The position numbers and the translations under genes are program-made. 64,000 bases of DNA from Paraspadella gotoi (taxonomy: Eukaryota; Animalia; Chaetognatha): contig CM119269.1 in assembly GCA_051294375.1 (NCBI GenBank), positions 16,575,818-16,639,817 on the forward strand, read 5' to 3'. The notes beneath the pieces were generated by a model, which did not search any database, was not told the DNA's origin, and saw nothing but the letters and a program-made list of their open reading frames with translations. Shown here one piece after another: positions 50,076 to 63,704 of this stretch (positions within the stretch are counted from its first letter, which is position 1; each line of letters opens with the position of its first letter).

Positions 50076-52918
50076 TTAATCTCTAAACAACAACAACAAC
50101 GCCTCGAATTCTCTTAGTTGACGGGCACCTCTCTGCGTCAACTCAAAATTTTCGACGCCTGAGGAAATGAAGGCGAGTATGTTGTCGGCTGTCAACCGGT
50201 GCATTGGACAAGTCCGAAGCCGCCCGACGATTGAGCATGTCTCGGGCCAATTCACGGATATTAAATTCAGGCCATGAAAAAGAAGGTAGAGTGAGTTTCG
50301 GACCGCGGCAGCGTCCGGTCGACGAAGGTTGTCTCGACCGGGAGAGAGGAGTACTTCGAGCGAAGAAGCCAGCTCTTTCGTGAAATGGCGAATCAACGAA
50401 ATGAGCATCGCGTCGTCCTTGAGAATCGATTTCCGGGAGACGAGATCGTTAAGAGCAACCCAGAGTTGATCGAAAATAGAAAAAACGCTGTTAGAGTCTG
50501 AAGCGGTCGATCCGATGTTGGGGCAAATCGATTCCAGGAAGGATATTCTCTCCAGTGTAGGACTACTTGAATTAGATGGTCGATGAACGATCGTTAAAAT
50601 GTCGACGAAGATCCCTAGACGTTCGCGCAAAGCGGATGCGTCGAAAGACTTATCAATCGACGTCAAAAAGCTTAAAACGTTTTTAAATTTATCCTGGTTG
50701 TGCCGACCAAAGGCATAGCCAAAAACAGCCATCCAATGCTTTTCAAAGCATTTGTCTACGTCGCTTAAATCCCTCCAAAGGAAAGGAGGGCCATCTACTT
50801 CCGGTTTACTTATAACTATGTCCCACCAAAGTTTCTCACCGTAAGCCAGTAGAAATTCGCGATGGATGACCGCAGAAAATGCGATGAGTGCGCACGCGCG
50901 AAACTCGGCGTAAATTATTTGCATAGCGTCGTCCTCCGAATCATAATAAAGACTCAGAAAAATTTCGTAGATTTTGGAGGAATGATCCGCTAGTTTTTTC
51001 TCTGTTTCGGATGAAAAATTATCGATCTTCTCAGGAATAGTGACGGCGGGTTTAATTGCGTTTTTAGAAGGCAATAGGTGTTGCAAATTTTTGTTAACCG
51101 ACGTTGTCAAATTCGGAGCGGTTGTGACCCTCTTGGCACAGAGGGAATTAGGAATAAGTTCCCGATTTTTTAGCGTCATCATCATATCTTTGAAATCACA
51201 AGAGACCAATTTAAATGATCCTGCCTTGTTCCGCATGTTTATGTCGTTCGACACCAGCAAAACCTTCGAGGACTGAGCCAAGTCGACGGCGACGTTGAGA
51301 ATCTTGTCGTCGTTTGTGCCAAGTTCGAAATGTCTGTGCCTGTCTCTAAACTCGGCGCCATTCTCGAGCAAGGTCCGCGACTTTAGCACCGGATCGGAAA
51401 TCCACCGATTGATTCCACGAACGGCCAGACGCGCCTTTTTCTGTAACTCGAAAGTGGAGGATGACGCCTTACCAGCCTTTAGACCATCCAGTTCTTGGAG
51501 GACGATCCAAGGTAAAAATAAGGCAAACTCTGAATGGAGATTGGAGAGAGTTTTAATATTATGCAAATTAATTAAAATATTTGCAAAATATTTATAAGCT
51601 ACGATTCAAACAACAACAAAAAAAAAAATTTCAGAGTCATGATTTTGGTAGGATTAGATTCAATTGATAGCTGAGAATAGATTCGGTCTTTGCATACCAG
51701 AAGAAAATTGAAACTTAGTAGAAATAATAATTTATTCATAATGAAATAGCACAGTACTTCGAAGACTTCTGTCTTCCTCTAAGGTGCAAACATAAAATGA
51801 AAAAAAAACTTAGAGGAAGACAGAAGTCTTCGAAGTACTGTGCTAATTAATTATGAATAAATTATTATTTCTACTAAGTTTCAATTTTCTTCTGGTATGC
51901 AAAGACCGAATCTATTCTCAGCTATCAATCAAAAAAAAATCTTCCGTCTATATCCTTGTCGAATTATATTTTATTTATATTTACAAATCCTCATTCTGAC
52001 AAACCGGCCAAAACATAACTTACCATTATCTTTATTTTCATTCCACTTGTTTAAAGCAGGAAAATTTGAGATGTAAACGCACGTGTCCACGACGACGAAA
52101 GCGTCAATATCGTTTAATGACAAATCGACGCAACGTGCAGGATCGAGAAAGGAAACTTCTTCCTTCAAACTCAACTCATTGAAGACAGGGCGCATGTAAA
52201 CGTCTTCCATCACCGGCAGGTCTTCCCATTCCATTTTTTCGACATCCTCCTGCGAAGTCGTTGCTGGTTCAATGAAAGCCTCGCGGTCGGGCATTTCTGC
52301 GGAGGATCTTCTGCCGATCGATGGTCTCTCAGCTTCTTTGGAAGATCGACGTCGCATAGCGATAAGGCGTCTGAGCTTGGTGTCCGTCTCATTTTTCGGG
52401 CGTTTCGACAAAACCGCCAGTTTCGATCCCGCTTTCTCCTTAGACGCAACTAGAGTTTCTTTCTTGTCGGCACTAATACCTTCTTTGCTTTGGCGCGACT
52501 TTGAAACTTCATGAGAATCGACTTTTCCACGGGATTTGAGAGCACCGTGATTTTTCGATTTTTTACAGGCAGGAGATATAGGTCTTTCTTTGTCGTCATC
52601 ATTCAGGTTACGTTTTGGACGCGGAAGACGACGCTGTTGTTCTTTAGAGTTTTTTGATATATCAACGGAAGGACGGTTTGCGTTTACATCTTTCTTTCGG
52701 CCAACAGATTTTCGAGACTTGAACTTCGAAGTTTCAGGGTCTCGGTTTTTGGTATTAGATTTTTGATCGGCCCAAATCTTTTCGTTGGTGAAACGGTTAA
52801 AAAAGTAAAAGCGCCCAGGATTGGTCTTCGATTCATGGCGCGACCAGGCATCGCTCGACCGGTCTGACGACTCCCCCCGCGACAAAGTCAAAGGACGACC
52901 ATCGATGTTTTTCGCCAT
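50076..52918 (-). CDS. SWT1: Transcriptional protein / RNA endoribonuclease SWT1 homolog (N-terminal WW domain, PIN domain, helical C-terminus), ~782 aa, 2 exons
   Basis: Exons 52918-52024 and 51529-50076, phase-1 GTAAGT...CAG intron. WW: AWSRHESKTNPGRFYFFNRFTNEKIW. PIN motifs: VVVDTCVYI, LPWIVLQELDGLK, NDDKIL, LLVSNDINMRNKA. C-terminal YGEKLWWDIV..KP..W...KHWMAVFG is typical of SWT1. Confidence 0.88.
51663..51929. repeat. Near-perfect long inverted repeat (121-bp arms, 25-nt loop) in the SWT1 intron; foldback/MITE-like
   Basis: Arm 51663-51783 is the reverse complement of 51809-51929 with about 2 mismatches (cataatgaaatagcac vs cataattaattagcac). Confidence 0.93.
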
Positions 52919-53100
52919 TTAAAGACGACGCGATCTAAAGATCGAAAGAAAAGGTTCTTCCTCTTCCACTAACAAAACATTGAAATAATTAAAATGTTGA
53001 AACTCATTTAATTCCCATTAAATAAAATTACTAAGGCCGAGTTAATGCACATAGTATTGTCGTTCAAAAGTGTCAAACAACAAACAACCATAAATAATAA

Positions 53101-56100
53101 CTAATATTTAACTTTCAATTCTTTAGCATCATCTTTGAAAAGAAGAATCGGCAAAGTTGCGAAGTTGTCGATTTTTTGAGAATGCCGAGTTTGAAGATGC
53201 TTCTTGAGATAACTCTTGTTGCAAATGACTCTATAGCAAACGTGACAAACGACTTGAATGTTGTAACTGCTAACTTCTTCAAAGGGAACCGCTGTTAAAT
53301 CGTCCGGCACTGGAATCATCTGGAAAAGAGTTCGATAGTGTGACTTTTTAGGCTTAAAGATTTTTGGTGGGATAGGGGGTACTTACCTTCGATCTTTTCT
53401 TCTTTTTATCAGACAACGACTTTCCTACGTATTCAGAGTCGCCGTCGTCGTTCCTGACGTCATAACCGCTCGGATTCTCAAAGTCTTCAGCCGTCAGCTC
53501 GCCCATCGTTAAGTCTTCCGGCGCCAGCTCTCCGTTTTCTGTTTCCACGGAAAAGGTTCCGTTGGTGTAGGATCCGGCGCCGTCGTCGGTGGTGCAGACA
53601 ACTGCGTCGTTATCCTCGCTAAAAACTTCCTCGACGGGCTCAACTTCCTTTTCCATTCGCGGACGCCTCCCTTGCCTACGCTGGCTCACGTGACTTCCCT
53701 GCTCGGGCGATACATCGCTTTTCGTCTCCCGACGAGACGGTGACTTCTTTGACAGCCGATCCAGTTTCTGCTGGTTACGATACTTAGCCAAGGTGTCTCG
53801 CCGTTCCTTAGCTCGAATCATATCAGCGATGTTGTTCTTTTTTTTGCCATAAACGGGTCTCCTCCTTTTCCATCCACGATCGGGTTTTATTTCGGGGACA
53901 TCAACGTCGATGGAATGCGTGGTGAAGATATGTTTGTGGATCAAATATTTAGTAAGGCCTGAAAGGGGCGAGAGAAAAAAGAAAATGTAAAAAAAAAAAC
54001 GAGATTGGTGAAAATTATTGTTCATTCACCAAAATATCTTGTCTCCTTACCAGAGTCCCCGCAAATGGGGCAGGCCACTTTTTTGTAAAGGGCTGGGATG
54101 AATCTATAGGGCACCATTGGATATATGCTCAGAATGGGGTCGGTGGGTTTAAGGATCTCGTTGTGCACACAATACGTGCAGATTTCTTGAATAGTGATAA
54201 GTGACTCGTGTTCGGCGAGAAACTTTTGCCACTTGGCCCGCTCCTCATCGTATTTCCGGTTCTCGGCGACTCGGCGCAACATCTCTAGGTGGAGTTCGTT
54301 TTCCTCGATCTGACACACATATGTCGATTCCTGTAAAAGGTAAAGAGACTAAATAAATAAAAGAAAGGAGAGAGCTTTTATTCAAGCCAACGGCAAATAC
54401 TTACGTCCACAATGTAGCTATGAACAGAGGCGAGATGCATCTTGAGCGCCATCTTGCTGCAGAGTTTCCAGCGGCAACTCTCGAAGTGGCAAAACATTCG
54501 GACCGTGGTGGGGAGCTCGTTGTAAGGAACGTACAGAAGAGGAACACCAAGGGGCTCGGCCATGTCGGAGGTCCCGTTAATTTCCCCCATCTCGTCTACG
54601 TGGTCGATCTCTGTTTCTTCGTATTCGATTTGAGAATCTTCGTAAAAATCTGGAGTGAGAAATCAGGAAAGGATACTGCAGATTAGATGAAATAAAAGAT
54701 TAAAATAAAAAGAACAAAAGGGTAAAAAAAATAAACGGAATTTAACAAGAAAAAGGATAGATGACAAACAAGGAAAGAGATATTAAAGAAAAAAATTAGA
54801 AAGAAACGAACGCATTAACAGTTTCAAACAAGACTGGTAGTATAAGATATTATCTCACCGAATGTCCCGTCATTAGGGGTGCTTTCGTCGTAGTGGTAAC
54901 TATTCTCGTAGTTATAGTCATCGACCAACTCATCTTCAACGACCTCAGAGTGCTCGATGGCTTCGTAATTCATTTCGTCGGCCAAGTCATCGTTGCTGAT
55001 CTCGTCGTCCTCGAAGCCCTGACCGCCATCGCCACCATCGTCACCATCGTCGCGGTCCTCAGCGACAAAAAGACGATCATCGTTTATTTGGCCGGCGCTG
55101 TCATCCGCGAGGGACTTGACGCTGCCAATCGTCGCCGTCAGCGGCGCCGTCAGCGGCGCCGGCGCCGTCACCGTCAAGGAAAGATTGCGTGGCTGAAAAG
55201 ATGACTAGGATTAAGATACCAAAAATAGGGAAAAGCAGGGCACTACATATTAGCAGTTACGTATCCCAAGTCAAAAGACCAACCGATTAAGGCCACTCAC
55301 CCGCCCTCTCTTTCTTCTTCGAAACGTCGCTGCCGTTAGGTTGTGCTTTGTCTTCATGTGTTTCCGATAATAGACACGATCAGCGAACTCTTGATTGCAA
55401 ATGGTGCAGGTACGGATAGAGGCGTCTTGCTTAGGGTTAACACTTTCCGGGTGCCTCGGTGGGCGAGCGGGGACGGACGCCGCGGAGGCTTCGTCGTCTC
55501 CATCCTCACGCCGGGACGCGAAGGGGTGCTCTCTTTCGATATGCCGTTTCAGAGCCCGCGTCATTGAAAAGTTTCGGGGGCAGATTTGACAAGCATAAGA
55601 CTTAGGCGGTGGAGGCGGCGAGAGGCCTAATTTCTTGCTAATCTCAATCTTGGCTTTAAGCTTTGGCTTGAAGTGAACAGAGGCCGCCCCCGAGTCCACC
55701 TCCTTTTGAGCCGACTGGCGAAATTCTTCCTTGTCGACGACCAAGATCCGCGTGGAGGGATTCTTTTCTATTTCCTCGAACCACTCCGGATGAGACGTCT
55801 TGAAGTGGGACTGGATATCGAAAGGTAATGAGGAAATAAAAAGGAAGTACTAATAATCAGCAAAGAAAGATTTATATACAGAGATTCGAAAATGGGGAAA
55901 AAACAAGATTAAAAGTAAGGGCAAATTAATAACAAGCAACGACTCACTTTGAGCAAGTATCGATTAATGTACTCCTTGTTGCAAATGGCGCAGAAGACTC
56001 GCACTGATCCACCATGGACCAAGTCGTAGGGAATCAAAAGCGGCTGATTCTCGTAGACTTTCTTTCTCCGACCGCCCCTCTTTTCTCCAGCTTCGTCGCC

Positions 56101-58446
56101 TTTCTCCGCTTCTTTCTCCTCTTTTCTTTCTCCCTCCGCCTCCTCCTCCTCGGGCACGAGCGACATCGGATCCTCTTCGACCTGACGAAGAATCTCGCGC
56201 AACCGGTGGACGCGGTCGGCGGCGCCGGCGACGCGAAGTTTGGAGATCTCGAACTCGCGGAGCCACTCTTCCTCGTCCACCACTGGTACCTCCAGTTTTT
56301 CGTCTTTTAGGTCAAGTGTGAAGTTGTGGTGGTGACTCATGTGAATCTTCAGCGTCTGTTTGCTCTTGAAGATGGAGCTGTCTGGCTTTCTTTTGCATTT
56401 AGGGCACAGAACCTGAGTGGTTCGTAAAATTTTTTTTATTGGAAGGGTAGTTATAGTTATATAGTCTTTAATCAAAATTTTTAAATAACACCGCCTCACA
56501 TCCAGCTTCATTCAGCCAATACTATTGGCTTGGAGGGGGAATGCACGATTCTAAGCGTTACGTTCCATCAACAGTCCTAACGACTTTCCTCTGCGTTGGC
56601 AAAGCGAGACCGACCTCGGGTAACCGCGCCAGTGACAGGTGGCGGCACTGAGGGTCGGAAGTTCCCAAAGCCAACAGTGAGATGCCCAATCCCAATGGGA
56701 ATCACAGGCAACCAGGCTGTTGCCATAATGAAAAATATACAGTAATTTATTCTATAAAATGATCCTCCAGCCACGATTTAAATTCCTCACGAAAATTTGA
56801 TGAAATCTAAAAAAAATCTCATTATTTAAATAATTTACGCATCATAACGATAAGGTACGCGACACTTTTGAACAAAAATAAAGCAATTAAAAAAATTATT
56901 TATAATTTTTAGTTATCACTGGTTGAGGAGGAATTAAAATCTGCCATCAAAACTTTATGTACTTTCAGAATAGCCAACAATCAAGCCAAACCTTGACGTC
57001 CTTGCCGATGGTGACGAGCGGCTTGGAGACGATCTCCCCTGCCAAGATCTTTTCCGAAAGTCGTCGTTTCTCACTGATCTTATCCTCAATTTCTTTAGCC
57101 TCGACCAAATACTCCTCTTTGTTGTAAACGAGCACCTCCGTACTTTCGTTAAAAAAGTCTAGGCTTTTGTTGTGAGCGTTTTTCATGTGCGCCTAACGAC
57201 GATAAAATTAAAAGCAGGGGGAAACATCTCAGCAAAAAGCATCAGGATCAAAATTCCGTATCTCTCACTTACCTTAAGGGTATACTTGGTTTTATAAACG
57301 ATGCTCTTGTCGAGGCCGCATTTAGTGCACAAAACCCTGACCGTCCTTCCCACGGTGGTTATCTTTGCCAAAAAGGGTGGGTTTTTCGGTTCGGGGCTTA
57401 GGGGGCGGGCCCAGGGCAAAGAGTTCACGGGCGCCGGAGAATGGGAAGAATTGGGATTGGTCGACGAGTGCCCAACAGCCGGAGTAGGAGCAGCTGGGGC
57501 GGCGTCGACGTCTTCGTCGCGACGCTCCTCCCAACTTTGATCCCATTGGACTTCGACGCGTGAGTCGGAAAAATGACCGCCGGAGACTTCGACGAAAGAG
57601 GAATCTGGTGGCTGGTCGGACGGGAAAAACTCGTCCTCGAACTGATTTCCGGAGCATTGTTGAAGATATTCCACAAGGGAATCCACCTCGAGGCTGTTGG
57701 CCAAGTCGCTCGCCACATTGACGACTTCGGGGTGTCGCTGGATACGCTCGAGGACTTCTGAGACTTGACCGTAAATCCATAGTAAAACTATTTCTAACGC
57801 CTAAAGTAAAAGATGAAAAGGAAGATTGAAGAAAAATTAATCGAGATTTAAAAATTAGAACAATATACGTAAATACAGTACAGTACATAAAATATCCCAT
57901 GTAAACATCGCTAACTAAAACTACTGCTGCTACTCCGGCGGCTACTGCCCGAGCACGAATTCGTGCAAAGCAGCTGCTGGATTGCAGAGGACGTGATCTT
58001 ACAACTGGGATCCAGGGGATTTAATTATTCAACTTCCAGATTACCATTAAATTGGGATATTGAAAGATTCGAAACCGATATACAAAAATATTAATTCAAA
58101 ATATAATTCAAAATTGACAAATTGTTAAGTTTAAAACTAAAATAAAAGGAACTACCGCTGGATTGCGAACGGGAATGGAAATGTTGTCCTTGTCCTTCCC
58201 TTCTCCCGTGGTCAATGTTCGGCACAAGACAGGACTAGATGCCGAAATTATTACTCTATGAGCCTACAAAAACAATAATTCAATAATAATGCGCATCACT
58301 TAATTAACAGATTATCTACATTTTACCTGGTAGGGACCACCTTGCATTTGATATAATGGTCCATTCGGCTTTTTAGCCCAAAGCTTAATATCACAAAATA
58401 ATCCAGAAAGTCTGAAATAATTTAGCGAGTCCATGGGGTTACTCAT
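53101..58446 (-). CDS. BTB/POZ domain + eight dispersed C2H2 zinc fingers (ZBTB-like), ~1200 aa, 11 exons
   Basis: Exons 58446-58327, 58263-58156, 57800-57273, 57192-56992, 56412-55948, 55810-55301, 55192-54859, 54649-54405, 54330-54030, 53958-53387 and 53319-53101 are all GT-AG and in frame (3603 nt). BTB: LNYFRLSGLFCDIKL...AHRVIISASSPVL...ALEIVLLWIYG...LANSLEVDSLVEYL. Fingers include CQICPRNFSMTRALKRHIEREH, CTICNQEFADRVYYRKHMKTKH and CHVCYRVICNKSYLKKHLQTRH. Confidence 0.88.
56494..56729. repeat. GC-rich dispersed repeat, copy B (in an intron of the BTB-ZF gene)
   Basis: Same motifs, order and orientation as 45021-45214, with small indels. Confidence 0.85.
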
Positions 58447-59282
58447 ATTTAACGATATTTGTTAGCTTACTAAATCGAACCGAAGAATTCATGAGTTAAT
58501 AGATTTGTTGTAGTATTTTTTTTTAATCAGAACAATTCGTCTTCGACACAAAATTTTGGTTTTTCCACGGTTTATTTAGTTCTAAAGTGCTTTATAAGAC
58601 AAAAATTTAGAGAGCAGTATCCAAAGGAAAAAACGGCCAGCATCCAACGAATAACACGCCTAAGTGTGCAGCCGAGCCGATACGAGCTACGAAAGAGAAC
58701 CAAGCGAAATCGAGAGGCAGCTACTACGAGCCTCCTTTTGATGCAAGCACATACTTTTTATATTATAGGAAAAATGACCTAAAACAATATTAAAAAACCG
58801 TAAATTGCTAACAATACATTGAACGACTGAAAATTTAATAAAGATATTATTAAAGTATGTCGAAAACAAGTAATCCAAGATATAATAGGTTTTTTAAAGC
58901 TTAAAAACAAAGCTGGAAACAAGGATTTTTTTGAAAAACAAAAATCACGATTTAAGACTTAAAACATTTTGAAAATAAGCGGCCTAGAATGATTAGAAAT
59001 TTTGTTTTCATTGCGTTTATTACTCCATTATGAAATGATTATTTTTGTGATAATAATAAACCTTTCTTATCATATATTGAAACAAGTAATTTGTAAATTT
59101 TCATAAATTACTATTTAACGAAATTATTGAAAACAATTATTTTGAAGCAAGATATTTAAAAAATAAAAATAATCTGTTCTGAAAATCTATATTTGAAACA
59201 TAAAATTCAAATAAATCCAATAAAGTAATTTCAATCAAATTATGGTTGACTTTAGTCTTTAGACTTTAGACCAAACGTTTAT

Positions 59283-59440
59283 CAGCGGCCATTGGTGCAG
59301 TAGGTAAGTCATTCGCCTTCCGGTGGCCGCCTTGCAGTTAAGAGGGACGGGGTCCTTAACTCGCCTGTAACAACGTGTTTCAGCCTGTTCCGAAGCTCAT
59401 GGACTGCTTATATTGAGCGGTTCTGTGTCACTAACTAACA
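59283..59440 (+). mobile_element. Possible tRNA-derived SINE remnant
   Basis: GC-rich island starting cagcggccattggtgcagtaggtaagtcattcgccttcc (A-box-like TGGTGCAGTAGG) and ending in a ctaactaac tail, within AT-rich intergenic DNA. No clear B box. Confidence 0.4.
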
Positions 59441-60429
59441 ATTATTTCTGTCTCTTCAAAATATTATTATCTCCACGTCTTCCACATATTAATGTGAAAT
59501 TAAACATGTAGAGTTAATTTCTCGCTGGGTGATTATTGATTATCTTAAGCAATAAATGTTAATAGTGATAACAAAGAAAACGAAAAACCGCAACCAATGC
59601 TGAGGGTTAAAAAATAAAGAAAAGAATGCGTATGAATTTAGGCGAGTACTAAAATTTGCGCTGAGGATGTTGTATGCCTGAGACAAGCTCGGCATTTCTG
59701 TCCATCGGGTAAAAATGATGAGTCGTAAAGAATATGATGAAAACTGGTTTTCAGAAGGAACAGATTTAGAACGTTTATCTCGCTAAATCACTTTTTTGCT
59801 TCAAAGACATTTAATTTTCAAAGTTCTTGCGTTTATCATCAACTATTAATGTTTAACACTTGAAGTAACTTAATAAGTTTTTTTAGGCTTTCTGTTAGTC
59901 ACGAATTCAGTAACTTAAGTAAAGAATCGTTCGTACGAACTTTCATAAGAAGTTGACAAATTTTTAAAATTTCATTGCTCCAAGCTAAAATAGCTTTCTT
60001 TCTTCATAACTTTATCAAGAAAACTAATCATCAGCAAAAGCATGAATTGAAGAGATAATTTTTTATTAAAGTTATTTTTATAACTGTAAACCAGCCATCA
60101 TTATCAAAAACAATTGAAACATAATTTGAAGGAATAAAAAAAGCCGAAGCTTTTTCATCACGAGAAATCTAGGAAGGCATTTGGCCAATAGATCCAAGTG
60201 ACGGAGACTTCCTGAAAGGAAAAAACTTTTCAATATCCAAGACTTTTCATGGTAAAAAAAAAAACAACAGTCAAAACAGAGAATCGTTGGAATCAAATAA
60301 ATAATCAGAATAAATTACAATTTTTTAAAGCTAATTTCAAACTAATTTTTTGAACAGATGTTTCAAATGTAAACTCAAGCAAAACGCCTGAAGAAAAATA
60401 TTGTTAATATCAGGATTCAAAGCTCACCT

Positions 60430-62451
60430 TCAGATTGCGTCAAATTTGGCGCGCTTTGAATGACACTCATAGGAGTTAACGTCGGCACTACGTTTTTTGT
60501 CGCCGACGTTCTTTTCAGCGGGAACAAAGGACAATTTATAAGCTTCAGATGTCGCTGCTCCGACAGTTTTGGTCGCCCCCGTCCTTTCCTCCGACGCTTT
60601 GGACGTCGCTGCCGCTTCGGCCGCCGCGTCCTCGTGTTCCTTCTTGAAAATGACCTCGATTCCGTCAGAATCTAAAGGTCCGAGTGGTAAGGCAGAGAAT
60701 CAACTTGGTAATCAGGCTACATTTCCTATGCTTACCCTGTCTCTCTTCCAAACAATCCGAGATGACGTCGAACACTCCCTCGAAACCGGCGGAAGAGTAA
60801 TGGAGTTCCACGCGCTTGAGCAAACCGTGAACTCGGTTTCGGAGGCGCTTGTAGATGCGTTCCAGCTTACGTCGCCGGGTCGAGGCTTCTTCGTCCTCCG
60901 GATGCCACTGGGCGGAAAGCGGGAAAGTAAGCGAAAATAATAAACTTTAAATCAGAACAAACCCAACACCTTTATATGCTTTTCTAAATCATGGCATTCC
61001 TCTTTCATCTCGTCCCGCCTCGCCACGAGTCTTTTGATGCACGGAATGGTTATCCAAGGCTTCATTTTGTGAACTTGAACCCAACTGTGGTTTAATTTTT
61101 GCCATTTGATTTCGGGAATTTGAAACATACAACCCAAACCCAAGGGAGCGTCCTTGATCTGAAAGCGGTTGAATTTATTAAATTAAGATTAATTTGGTTC
61201 TAAACAAAAGGATCGCCTTCGAAGAACCTGCTTCCTTTGCCTCTTCGTGAGGGGCTTGGGCTTATAGGGTGGCGGCCAGACCCAAGAAGGAGCATCATCC
61301 GTGGAACCAATTTTGTCTTGAAGGGTCGGAGTATTGGTTGAGTCATCGGAGGGAGAATTTATCTGATTAGTGGTTTTCTCTTCCTGAGGAGCCTTTTCAT
61401 GTTCATCAATCGATCGAGTTTGGTCAACCGCCAGTCCGCTACTTTTCGTGAATCTATTTTCGAGCTTGCGACGCTTGATTCTGGAAGGAAAAAAGTAGAA
61501 GAAGGAAATAAATAAACCGCGCAAAGATATTTTTATTGCAATACCTAACAGACAACTCACTGATGTGTTTCATTCATGGTTTTCATAAGGGAAGAGTTGA
61601 GACTGTGGTCTTCGTAAGAAGGATCATCAAAGGCCGAAAGAAAATCCATTGGTTGAGGCTGAATTAAAATACATGTAATTGAGAATAATAAACGGTCTTG
61701 TTTTTATAAGCTTAAATTTAAAACAAAATTAACCTGCAAAAAGTGCGGACACTGGTTGGTTATAACTTTTCTACAACACCGTAGCTTCTTGTTATAAAAG
61801 AAAAAATGTCCCGTTTTCTTTCTTCTTTCTTCCACAGCCTATTAACACGATTTCTACATAAATACATAGTCCATTAGAGAATAGAGATCATATATCAATT
61901 TTTTTAATTAAAAACTCCTTACCTGCTGTCGTCTCTGCTGTTTATTCAAAGTGTTACCAACACGTCCCCGACCACGGCCACGCATGCCATAACGTCCCCG
62001 CCCACGTACTCCACCACGAGGGCAAAACCCTCGGCCACGACTTCCCTGATCGTTCGTCAAACGTCGCCCTTGTATAATTCTCCGTCCTTAAGTACAAGGG
62101 ACAAAGAACGTACAAGCATTCTAAAAATAATCTAATTAAAAATTTAAAACTCGAAACACCACTCGCCTCTCGGAGGTCCAAAATCGGGGAAGACGTTGGA
62201 CGAACGGGCATAGCCTCCCATGTAGCTTTCGATGAAATTCTGAAAAAAACCGCACGCATGTGAGCCAATGGTATCGGGGAATAAATTACAGCAACAAAAC
62301 TCTGCACCAGAATTTTGTAGCTTACCGTAGAAGAGTGAAACACCGGAGGCGCGGGTCCCGCGGGTCCCACTGGTCCCACGGGTCCCGCGAATGGCCCGCC
62401 GAACGATGCCCCGAATGGCCGTCGACGGGGGAAACGTCCGTAAAAACTCAT
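60430..62451 (-). CDS. Unknown protein with Pro/Gly-rich N-terminus and RGG/RG box; 8 coding exons
   Basis: Hand-spliced exons keep one frame: 62451-62326, 62239-62167, 62086-61923 (GSRGRGFCPRGGVRGRGRYGMRGRGRGR), then approximately 61838-61734, 61658-61561, 61479-61228, 61158-60970 plus 60907-60736 and 60671-60430 as read by hand (later boundaries approximate; exon count may be 8-9). Stop TGA at 60432-60430. No family recognised. Confidence 0.7.
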
Positions 62452-62613
62452 TTTAATTTGTTTCTAGCTTTGGTGAGTGAGAAAAATTCGAATTTAAATC
62501 TAAAAATATAACAATTCCACTTTTTTTTATACATATTCGTACATACATGGCAGACAAATTGGTAGTTTCAAACAATACAAAAAGTTGAAATAACAATAAA
62601 TCAATGAATCCTT

Positions 62614-63597
<984 letters not shown>

Positions 63598-63704
63598 TTA
63601 CAGTAAATAGTATTAACGAAGAACGCACCGAAAAGGGCTGAAATTATGTCCAGAATTTCGTTGATTATGGCGAACAATGTGCGGTTCTGATGGATATGGA
63701 AAGT

